Positions 39,003 to 48,464 of a stretch of 64,000 nucleotides of DNA are shown here, one piece after another. The stretch spans positions 202 through 64,201 of the forward strand of contig CBFHZL010000004.1 in the NCBI GenBank assembly GCA_965660325.1, read 5' to 3'. The notes under the pieces were generated by a model. The model was not told the DNA's origin and did no database searches. It worked only from the letters and a program-made list of their open reading frames with translations. Position 1 is the first letter of the stretch, and each line of letters starts with the position of its first letter. Origin of the DNA: an uncultured Acidiluteibacter sp. Its GTDB lineage: Bacteria; Bacteroidota; Bacteroidia; Flavobacteriales_E; Vicingaceae. Both the position numbers and the translations under genes were made by a program.

Positions 39003-39964
39003 TGAATAAGTCGAACTTCATATCAGCCATTGCACAACCTGAGCAAATTAGTGTATCTCAAGTAGATCAATTAAAGGCGCTCGTGAAGCAATTCCCCTAT
39101 TGCTCTACAGCACAAATATTGCTGGCAAAAGGGTTACACAACTTGGAAGATATTTCGTTTGAGAAACAACTGAGAGTATCTGCTGCATATGCGCTTGACC
39201 GCACCGTTTTACATCACCTTATTTTAGAGCGACCTGCACCAAAAGCTGACAATAATCTACTAGATGAAGAATCTAGTGAAGTCATCACTCCCGAAGCAAT
39301 AGAACAACCAACAGAGGAAAATGCAAAATCTGTAGAGGAACCATCGGCTGCATCTACTGCTGTTGAAATCGAACAGGATAAGGCAATTGCAGTCAAAGAG
39401 GAAACAGAGGAAACAATAGACGAGCCAGAGCAACCTGCAGATGAAGCAGCTGACCCATTTTTAGAGCGAGAAATATTAAGTGCAGCGATTCACAACACCT
39501 ACTTTTTAGAAGCCGACGAAGCAACTGAAGCGGAAGAAAATGCTACAAACGAAAATGAGGAAATAATTGCAGAGCAACCTTCAACGCTTGATTTAGACGA
39601 ATCGAGCGAACATAGCTTTAGCGAATGGCTGAAATTAATGGATGACTCTTCAGCATCTACTCAACCGAAGGAAGAAAAAAGTCAAGAACCGAAAAAAGCA
39701 AACAAAGAGCTCATCAATAATTTTATAACCACTGAGCCTCAAATAAAACCAAAAAAAGAATTCTATTCTGCGAGCAATATGGCGCGCTTGAGCGTGAAAG
39801 AAAACGATGATTTAGTTACTGAAACACTGGCCAACATTTATGCCCAACAAGGAAATGTAGAAAAAGCAATTGCAGCTTATGAAAAATTAGCCTTGAAATA
39901 TCCAGAAAAAAGAATTTATTTTGCAAACCTTATTCATAAACTGGGCGAAACGCCTAAAAAATAA
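39002..39964 (+). CDS. Hypothetical protein with TPR-like ends and an acidic central linker
   Basis: ATG overlaps the lptE stop (TAATG); FPYC..A..L N-terminus; VTETLANIY..QG...KAI.AYEKL.LKYPEK C-terminus. Confidence 0.8.
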   Translation: MNKSNFISAIAQPEQISVSQVDQLKALVKQFPYCSTAQILLAKGLHNLEDISFEKQLRVSAAYALDRTVLHHLILERPAPKADNNLLDEESSEVITPEAIEQPTEENAKSVEEPSAASTAVEIEQDKAIAVKEETEETIDEPEQPADEAADPFLEREILSAAIHNTYFLEADEATEAEENATNENEEIIAEQPSTLDLDESSEHSFSEWLKLMDDSSASTQPKEEKSQEPKKANKELINNFITTEPQIKPKKEFYSASNMARLSVKENDDLVTETLANIYAQQGNVEKAIAAYEKLALKYPEKRIYFANLIHKLGETPKK

Positions 39965-39970
39965 AAAAAC

Positions 39971-40333
39971 ATGGGAACTATTATCTCTGTATTAATTTTA
40001 ATTGTAGCCATTTTGTTGATTTTGGTTGTATTGGTACAAAATCCAAAAGGTGGTCTTGCATCTAACTTCTCTTCTTCTAATCAGGTGATGGGTGTTAGAA
40101 AAACAACTGACTTTATCGAAAAAGCAACATGGACATTAGCCATTACGTTAGTGGTATTAAGTGTAGTTTCGGCTACTTTTAATGAAACCACAACAGTAAC
40201 TGCTACTCCAACGGAATCAGAATTAACGAATGAAGCGAATCAAATTGTAATCCCTACCGAGCAAGCGCCGCTATTAAATGAAGACGCTGCTCCAATTCAG
40301 GAAGAAGCTTCAGAAGAAGTTCCTGCTGAGTAG
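39971..40333 (+). CDS. secG: Preprotein translocase subunit SecG
   Basis: VLVQNPKGGL, GVRKTTDFIEKATW, two TM helices. Confidence 0.95.
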   Translation: MGTIISVLILIVAILLILVVLVQNPKGGLASNFSSSNQVMGVRKTTDFIEKATWTLAITLVVLSVVSATFNETTTVTATPTESELTNEANQIVIPTEQAPLLNEDAAPIQEEASEEVPAE

Positions 40334-40356
40334 TAGACGATACAATAACTTAATTG

Positions 40357-40391
40357 AAAGTGCCAGAATGTCATATTCTGGCACTTTTTTT
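40357..40391 (+). terminator. Intrinsic terminator after secG (also carries a TGCCAgaaTGTCA box)
   Basis: 13-bp perfect stem AAAGTGCCAGAAT-GTCAT-ATTCTGGCACTTT plus a T-run. Confidence 0.85.
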
Positions 40392-40447
40392 ATGTCTTAA
40401 TTTATGGTTTACTGTCAATTTTTTAGCAAAAATGGAGTAGCATTGCA

Positions 40448-40465
40448 TTGGCACAAAATGTGACT
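40448..40465 (+). promoter_or_regulatory. Putative sigma-54 (-24/-12)-type promoter of groESL
   Basis: TTGGCACAAAATGTGACT: strong TGGCAC -24 box; GG-N10-GA in place of GC at -12; about 45 nt before groES. Confidence 0.5.
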
Positions 40466-40506
40466 AGAGGATTTCATCAATTAACAATTAATTTTAATTT
40501 ATAAAT

Positions 40507-40782
40507 ATGTCAGTAAACATTAAACCACTTGCAGATAGAGTTCTGGTAGAACCAGCTGCAGCAGAAGAGAAAACAGCAGGAGGTATTATTATTCCTGATA
40601 CTGCTAAGGAGAAACCACAAAAAGGTATTGTAGTTGCCGTAGGTAATGGCAAGCCGGATGAGCCGATGACTGTAAAAGTTGGCGACAGTGTCCTATATGG
40701 TAAATATTCTGGATCAGAGTTGGCGCTAGAAGGCAAAGACTACCTGATTATGAGAGAATCTGATATTTTAGCAATCGTTTAA
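40507..40782 (+). CDS. groES: Co-chaperonin GroES
   Basis: [32 protein letters not shown]. Confidence 0.99.
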   Translation: MSVNIKPLADRVLVEPAAAEEKTAGGIIIPDTAKEKPQKGIVVAVGNGKPDEPMTVKVGDSVLYGKYSGSELALEGKDYLIMRESDILAIV

Positions 40783-40794
40783 TTAAAAAACTAA

Positions 40795-42438
<1,644 letters not shown>

Positions 42439-42463
42439 TCATCAACCTAAAATAATAATTAAG

Positions 42464-42499
42464 ATAGCCGTTTCATTAAGTTGGAGCGGCTATTTTTTT
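42464..42499 (+). terminator. groEL intrinsic terminator
   Basis: ATAGCCGTTTCA-TTAAGT-TGGAGCGGCTAT followed by a T-run. Confidence 0.85.
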
Positions 42500-42646
42500 G
42501 GAAAAACCTAAAATAAGTTGATTGTTTACGGACTATCAGCCTGCCAGACGGACAGGCAATTTCACTGCTCTTTCGTGCTTGTTTTCAAGGATTAGAAGTC
42601 TAAGCTAACGGATAAAGAAACTGATCAAACATTAAACACGGTCAAC

Positions 42647-42679
42647 AAAAAAGCGCCTTGACACTCGTCAAGGCGCTTT
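42647..42679 (-). terminator. Intrinsic terminator of the 42701-43303 gene
   Basis: Perfect 13-bp stem AAAGCGCCTTGAC-ACTC-GTCAAGGCGCTTT with a T-run on the minus strand. Confidence 0.85.
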
Positions 42680-42700
42680 GCACTTACTTTCACCTATATT

Positions 42701-43303
42701 CTATACAATTCCTAGCAACCTTAAGATTAAAAGAATTATAAGCACCGCTAATAAAGTTCCGATTAATCCACCACCAAGCTCAGCTAAAATACTCAACAGT
42801 AAAAGCACAAGCAACGCAGCCAAGATAATCCATATCAGGGCACCTAGATCATCATCAGATATAGCAGGACTTACCGCTGTTATATTCATTTTTAACAATT
42901 CTGACCAATCAGTTGCAAATCCCATCTCCCCAAGTCGGTTATTTAAGGGACTAAAGGGATGAATAAAATCAGCCTTCTTCCCTTCTTTTTGATTTGTAGC
43001 GGCAGTTAGCACTCCATCTTCAGCCTTAAGGATGGATTGATAAATTGGTTTTCTCGTTGTTTTTGCACTTACAGCTGCAGTCTTATTCTGCATTTTATGC
43101 ACCTTTAGCTTTTCGGCTTTGCTTTCCATCACCTCAGCCTTACTCATTGTCTTACTCAGCTTCAAGTGAGGGTTGTACTTTACCCGCGTAAAGTTATTGC
43201 TGTCATTGGAGCGAACTAAGCTACATGAGCTCAGCAAAGCTGCTACAATAAAAAGGTTAAAAATAGTAACCAGACGTAATCGTTTATTCAATTGAAAATT
43301 CAT
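42701..43303 (-). CDS. Hypothetical lipoprotein with a basic linker and C-terminal hydrophobic hairpin
   Basis: ATG 43303; lipobox LLSSC; Lys-rich middle; two C-terminal Leu/Ile-rich helices. Confidence 0.7.
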   Translation of the reverse strand: MNFQLNKRLRLVTIFNLFIVAALLSSCSLVRSNDSNNFTRVKYNPHLKLSKTMSKAEVMESKAEKLKVHKMQNKTAAVSAKTTRKPIYQSILKAEDGVLTAATNQKEGKKADFIHPFSPLNNRLGEMGFATDWSELLKMNITAVSPAISDDDLGALIWIILAALLVLLLLSILAELGGGLIGTLLAVLIILLILRLLGIV

Positions 43304-43623
43304 GTTTTTATGTTTAAGGTTTATGGAGAAAAAACAAACACTCAACCAACGACACTAAATACTGATTAATAGAAATATAAATAATAATTATAGAAAAAAC
43401 TGTTTAACCTTTTCTATACTTGTGTAGATGGATTCACCCATATTATTTACCATTAATTAGGTAACCGACTTCTATAAATCGAATCTCCAATATCCGATTA
43501 AAAGGCTATATCCCTTTCTACTCGGCTTAAGTCGCAGTGGTAATAATTACACTTCAAAATAAAATAGTACATTAGAAAGGACGTTTTTAACAAAGCGGAC
43601 ATCTTACGTTAAAATCTACAATT

Positions 43624-44223
43624 ATGAAAAATCTTGTTTTATATATGCTGACCTGCCTTGCGCCGTTATTAGGCATAGGTCAAGAAGAAATTCGTCCCCA
43701 ATCAGTTTATGAGTTTCCAAATCAACTAGTATCTCAACTCTCAGATGGAGCCATTCTTGTGCGGCTAAATACCGGTGAAAAACAGCTGGAGTTACTACAG
43801 AAGATGCGGCTAACAAAAAAGTATGCTGAACTGAAAGAAAAAATTATCGAATCCAACGAAGAAGTGATTGCAGCATTTTCAAAAAAACTCAAGTATATCA
43901 AGCACGTCTATTATTTCTCTAGTTCGCATAGCAATGAAATAAGGGAGGGGAATTTTGATGGTTTTCTTCTGAACGACGAATTAAAAACCGTTCCTCAAAA
44001 TGACTTGATAATAAACACTTATGTCATTGCAGAGTTCGCCAAAACAGAGCAAATGGGTATTCCGGCCTTGGTGATTTACAATAATCAATTCGAGCAACTC
44101 GAAGCACCATTTCCCTACTTTGTGAGAACGTATGAATCGCTTCCCATCTTTAATCGCTCTTATGATAGAACAGTAGAGCTGTTTGACGAAAGGTTAAGTT
44201 CTTACCAGCGATTTCATCCGTAA
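43624..44223 (+). CDS. Hypothetical exported protein
   Basis: 199-aa ORF with a signal peptide ending IG-Q; no family recognised. Confidence 0.7.
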   Translation: MKNLVLYMLTCLAPLLGIGQEEIRPQSVYEFPNQLVSQLSDGAILVRLNTGEKQLELLQKMRLTKKYAELKEKIIESNEEVIAAFSKKLKYIKHVYYFSSSHSNEIREGNFDGFLLNDELKTVPQNDLIINTYVIAEFAKTEQMGIPALVIYNNQFEQLEAPFPYFVRTYESLPIFNRSYDRTVELFDERLSSYQRFHP

Positions 44224-44311
44224 GGAATAGATAAAAGCTATCAAGCTGAATTGGTTTAAAATTACCGATCGTATTTCCAATTGAAAGTCCCCCTAATTTA
44301 GGAGAGCTTTG

Positions 44312-44319
44312 TATCTTTG
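44312..44319 (+). promoter_or_regulatory. -7 element (TATCTTTG) for kynU-kmo
   Basis: Exact consensus; supports ATG 44338 over TTG 44317. Confidence 0.6.
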
Positions 44320-44337
44320 AAGCAAAAGGAGCTTTCA

Positions 44338-45618
44338 ATGAACTATATCAATACGCTAGCATTTGCACAAGAGCAAGATGCACTCGATCCATTACGATCA
44401 TTCAGAGATGAATTTCACTTCCCCCATTTTAATCCCAACGGCTGTTATTACTTTACAGGAAATAGCTTAGGACTTATGCCTAAAAAGGCAAAAGCTGCCA
44501 TTAATCAAGAGTTAGATGATTGGGCAAAATATGGTGTAGAAGGGCACTTTCATGCAGAAAATCCTTGGGTATCTTACCATGAGATATTTAAAAAAGGGGC
44601 AGCGAAAGTAGTTGGTGCAAAAGAAAGTGAAGTCACCGTAATGAATGGTTTAACGACCAACTTACACTTGATGATGGCGTCGTTTTATCAGCCGAAAGGC
44701 AAACGCCACAAAATTCTGTGCGAGGCGAAAGCATTCCCATCAGATCAATATGCGCTAGAAAGTCAGGTTAAATTCCACGGTTACGATCCTGAAAGTGCCA
44801 TTATTGAAATCGCTCCAAGAGAAGGTGAACACACCATCCATCACGATGATATTTACGAAGCAATTCGGCTTCATGGCGATGAGATTGCGTTAATCATGAT
44901 CGGTGGAGTAAATTACTACACTGGACAGGTTTTCGATATGAAAACCATCACGGAAAAAGGGCACAAAGCGGGCGCTATTGTAGCCTTTGATCTTGCTCAC
45001 GGTGCAGGAAATATTGAATTAAAATTACACGAGTGGGGCGTTGACTTTGCTGCTTGGTGCACCTACAAATACCTCAACTCAGGTCCTGGATCTATTTCAG
45101 GCGTATTTGTACACGAACGACACGCTTTCAATCCTGAACTAAAACGATTTGCAGGTTGGTGGGGAACGCCTTCCGAAGGTCGGTTTAAAATGGCCAAAGG
45201 ATTTGTTCCTGCTGAAGGCGCCGATGGATGGCAACTAAGTAATGCGCCTGTTTTATGTATGACTGCGCACAAAATTGCATTAGATTTGTTTGAGGAGGCA
45301 ACTCCGGAACGTTTGTTTGAAAAACGCGATGCATTAACTGGGTATTTGGAATTTGTAATTGGAGAGGTTTCAAAAAACAATCCAAATGCCAATTTTGAAA
45401 TCATCACACCAAAGAACAAGAAAGAAAGGGGATCACAAATTTCCATTCTCACACATGGAACGGGGAAAGAATTATTTGATTTTATAACTGAAAAAGGAGT
45501 AATTGCCGACTGGAGAGAGCCTAACGTAATTCGAATGGCACCTGTACCGATGTACAATTCATTCGAAGATGTATACCAGTTTGGAAAATTATTAGACGAA
45601 GGATTAAAGACTTTATAA
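44338..45618 (+). CDS. kynU: Kynureninase
   Basis: YFTGNSLGLMP, FPSDQYA, FDLAHGAGN, WCTYKYLNSGPG (PLP Lys), GWWG. Confidence 0.97.
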   Translation: MNYINTLAFAQEQDALDPLRSFRDEFHFPHFNPNGCYYFTGNSLGLMPKKAKAAINQELDDWAKYGVEGHFHAENPWVSYHEIFKKGAAKVVGAKESEVTVMNGLTTNLHLMMASFYQPKGKRHKILCEAKAFPSDQYALESQVKFHGYDPESAIIEIAPREGEHTIHHDDIYEAIRLHGDEIALIMIGGVNYYTGQVFDMKTITEKGHKAGAIVAFDLAHGAGNIELKLHEWGVDFAAWCTYKYLNSGPGSISGVFVHERHAFNPELKRFAGWWGTPSEGRFKMAKGFVPAEGADGWQLSNAPVLCMTAHKIALDLFEEATPERLFEKRDALTGYLEFVIGEVSKNNPNANFEIITPKNKKERGSQISILTHGTGKELFDFITEKGVIADWREPNVIRMAPVPMYNSFEDVYQFGKLLDEGLKTL

Positions 45619-45619
45619 T

Positions 45620-46954
45620 ATGGAGAAAATAGCGATTGTAGGAGCAGGATTAGTAGGATCTCTACAGGCCATTTTGATGGCAAAAAAAGGATATCAAGTC
45701 GATGTTTTTGAGCGAAGACCTGATATGCGAAATGTAACGCTAAGCGCAGGCCGATCAATTAACTTGGCTTTATCTGACAGGGGTTGGAAAGCACTAAAAA
45801 TGGCCGGAGTAGATGAAAACATCAAAGAAACGGCTATTCCCATGTATGGTAGAATGATGCATGCTGAAGATGGCACCCTTACCCCGCAAGCTTATGGAAA
45901 AGAAGGACAGGCGATATACTCTGTGAGTAGAGGAGGCTTGAATCAAACCCTGATGAATTTGGCTGATCAATTTGAAAATGTCAACTTCCATTTCAATCAG
46001 GCGTGCAAAAATGTAGATTTAGATTCTAACGAGTTGACCTTCTCTGACACCGAAACTAAGAAAAAGTCGACACATCAACCTGACAGAATATTTGGAACCG
46101 ATGGCGCATTTTCGGCTATCAGAGCGCGACTGCAAAAAACACCTCGATTTAACTATTCTCAAACCTACCTAAAACACGGTTATAAAGAATTGAGCATCCC
46201 TGCTAATCCCGATGGTACACACCAAATTGATAAGCACTCACTGCACATTTGGCCAAGAGGTGAATACATGATGATTGCGCTTCCAAATATGGATGGTAGT
46301 TTTACGTGTACGCTATTTTTCCCATTTGAAGGAGAGAACTCTTTCGAGTCCATTAAAACGGCAGACGATGTATTGAATTTTTTCAATAAAACATTTGCGG
46401 ACTCTGTGCCGTTAATGCCAAATCTAGTAGAAGAATATTTTGAAAACCCTACTTCTCCGCTTGTGACTGTTAAATGCGAGCCCTGGAACTACAGCGATAA
46501 AATTATATTAATGGGCGATGCCTCTCATGCTATCGTGCCATTTTATGGTCAGGGCATGAACAGTGGCTTTGAAGATTGTTCAGCATTTGCAGAGATGTCG
46601 GCCGACTTTGATGGCAACTGGGAAAAATTATTTGACGAGTTTGCTAAAGAACGCAAGCCCAATGGCGATGCGATTGCAGATTTGGCCATTCAGAACTTTA
46701 TAGAAATGCGCGACAAAGTAGCCGACGAAAGCTTCTTATTACGGAAAAAAATAGAGAAAAAACTTTTCACCAAATACCCTGACAAATGGATGCCACTTTA
46801 CTCTCAAGTGACGTTTAGCCACATCCCTTATGCTACCGCAAATGCACAAGGTAAAAAGCAAGAAAAGGTGATGGATGTAATTATGGCTGACCCTGAAATA
46901 GAAAAAAAGTGGGACAGTGACGAAATAGAGCAGCACATTTTGAGTTTAATCTAA
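45620..46954 (+). CDS. kmo: Kynurenine 3-monooxygenase
   Basis: GAGLVG, GRSINLALS.RG, LHIWPRG, GDASHAIVPFYGQGMNSGFED, PLYSQVTFS. Confidence 0.95.
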   Translation: MEKIAIVGAGLVGSLQAILMAKKGYQVDVFERRPDMRNVTLSAGRSINLALSDRGWKALKMAGVDENIKETAIPMYGRMMHAEDGTLTPQAYGKEGQAIYSVSRGGLNQTLMNLADQFENVNFHFNQACKNVDLDSNELTFSDTETKKKSTHQPDRIFGTDGAFSAIRARLQKTPRFNYSQTYLKHGYKELSIPANPDGTHQIDKHSLHIWPRGEYMMIALPNMDGSFTCTLFFPFEGENSFESIKTADDVLNFFNKTFADSVPLMPNLVEEYFENPTSPLVTVKCEPWNYSDKIILMGDASHAIVPFYGQGMNSGFEDCSAFAEMSADFDGNWEKLFDEFAKERKPNGDAIADLAIQNFIEMRDKVADESFLLRKKIEKKLFTKYPDKWMPLYSQVTFSHIPYATANAQGKKQEKVMDVIMADPEIEKKWDSDEIEQHILSLI

Positions 46955-47761
46955 ATGAAAACTCAATTAGCTGTTGTCGCGTTAATGCTCTCCACACTTT
47001 CATTTGCACAAATGCGAAAAGAAAGAGGAGCAGTTTTTCCGCTCGATAGGGAACTCCGAAATGGAGGTCTTATGATTGCTCCGGGTGTTACCTACTTTTT
47101 AGGAATAAATGAATCGAGCAGTTCTGAAAACGATGGCAATACCTCCATTGTTCGCGAAAGCTCTCCTTCGGGAAAGTTTGGCGGATCATTACAAATCGGA
47201 TGGTTTCACAGCTTCGAAAAGAACCGGATAATTGACTTCCTCGACTTTGGGGTGAGCTATAAACTCCTAAGAGGTCAACTAACTACTAAATTCACAGAAA
47301 CCAACCTCAATAACAACCAAGTGTACGAAGGGGAGTCAGTGTTCGATTTTAATGATTCTCATATCGGGCTGTTTTTTAATGCTACGAAAACCATCCCATT
47401 AAAGCAGAACATTTTCATGAGCCATTCCCTGGGCTTAAATGTTGATCATCGAGCAATAGAGGGAGGCGAATATTCAGGGGACGACCGCATCTACTTTGTA
47501 GACTATCCACCCATCGACATAGCGCAACTGCATTACAAAATTGGACTTGGAGTTCGGTCCTTTAAAAATTTGCTTTTAATTCCAAGTTTGGAAACGCCAA
47601 TACTTACCTTCTATCCTAGCGATGATTTAAGTCCTAGTTTGGCCTACAGCAAATCAAACTTTCAACCGATACTGTTCAGTCTTCAAATTCTGTTTTTACG
47701 CGATGACCCTGTGAACTGCAACAATCCTGTTTACAATGGACCCAAATACGAAGTAGATTAG
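46955..47761 (+). CDS. Hypothetical exported protein, possibly a beta-barrel
   Basis: Signal peptide ending FA-Q; amphipathic strands; starts directly after the kmo stop. Confidence 0.65.
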   Translation: MKTQLAVVALMLSTLSFAQMRKERGAVFPLDRELRNGGLMIAPGVTYFLGINESSSSENDGNTSIVRESSPSGKFGGSLQIGWFHSFEKNRIIDFLDFGVSYKLLRGQLTTKFTETNLNNNQVYEGESVFDFNDSHIGLFFNATKTIPLKQNIFMSHSLGLNVDHRAIEGGEYSGDDRIYFVDYPPIDIAQLHYKIGLGVRSFKNLLLIPSLETPILTFYPSDDLSPSLAYSKSNFQPILFSLQILFLRDDPVNCNNPVYNGPKYEVD

Positions 47762-48396
47762 TGAAAAAATGGGTTATTGGCCTTCTCAAATCCGATAGAT
47801 GTTTTAGGCCCATGCCCCGGATAAACCACATATTCGTCGGCTAAGGAAAACAACTTAGTTTCTATGGATTGCAGTAAAGTAGCATGATCTCCTCCTGGAA
47901 GGTCTGTTCTACCAATACTCCCATAGAACAATACATCGCCGCCAATAATATTCTTCTGCTCATGGTCGATGAAAACAATGTGACCGGGTGCGTGACCTGG
48001 AACAAATAAAATATCTAGAACAGCATCTCCAACTTGTATCTGATCGCCTTCGCTGATAAACTTCTTCTCGCCTGCAAATGGAATCACGTTAAAACCATAC
48101 ATGGTAGCATAACTTGGAACAGCCTCCAAAACAGGCAGATCTAATTCATGAAACTGTGCAGGAAGGTTAAACTTATCTGCAATAAAATTTAGCCCTAATA
48201 CATGATCTACGTGACAATGCGTATTAATTAACTGTTCTACCTGAAGCCCTTCTTGTTCAATAAAACTAATTAATTCACGTTCTTCTGAAGCATTAGAACA
48301 ACCTGGATCGACTATAGCTGCTGATTTTGTTTCATCATACAAAATATAGGTATTCTCTTGAAATGCATTGAAAGTAAACTGCTTAATCGACAACAT
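47758..48396 (-). CDS. MBL-fold metallo-hydrolase (YcbL/GloC-like)
   Basis: THCHVDH, PGHAPGH, GDVLF.GSIGRTD, PGHGP; start moved to ATG 48396 because TATATTTG lies at 48419-48426. Confidence 0.93.
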   Translation of the reverse strand: MLSIKQFTFNAFQENTYILYDETKSAAIVDPGCSNASEERELISFIEQEGLQVEQLINTHCHVDHVLGLNFIADKFNLPAQFHELDLPVLEAVPSYATMYGFNVIPFAGEKKFISEGDQIQVGDAVLDILFVPGHAPGHIVFIDHEQKNIIGGDVLFYGSIGRTDLPGGDHATLLQSIETKLFSLADEYVVYPGHGPKTSIGFEKANNPFFH

Positions 48397-48464
48397 TGTT
48401 TCTAATTTTAATGTTGCACAAATATAACGGTTACCGCAGATTTTAGTTAATTTTATAGGTCTAT

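Noticed and set aside
39916-39924. Internal secG promoter within the end of the TPR gene (TTTATTTTG)
   Set aside because: It is not an exact TAnnTTTG and is explained by Ile-Tyr-Phe-Ala codons.
40423-40449. CIRCE-like text (TTAGCA...GAGTAGCA) upstream of groES
   Set aside because: It does not match TTAGCACTC-N9-GAGTGCTAA in sequence or spacing and forms no proper inverted repeat.
45063-45758. 231-aa antisense ORF over kynU/kmo
   Set aside because: It is a shadow frame of conserved genes, with no recognisable motifs.
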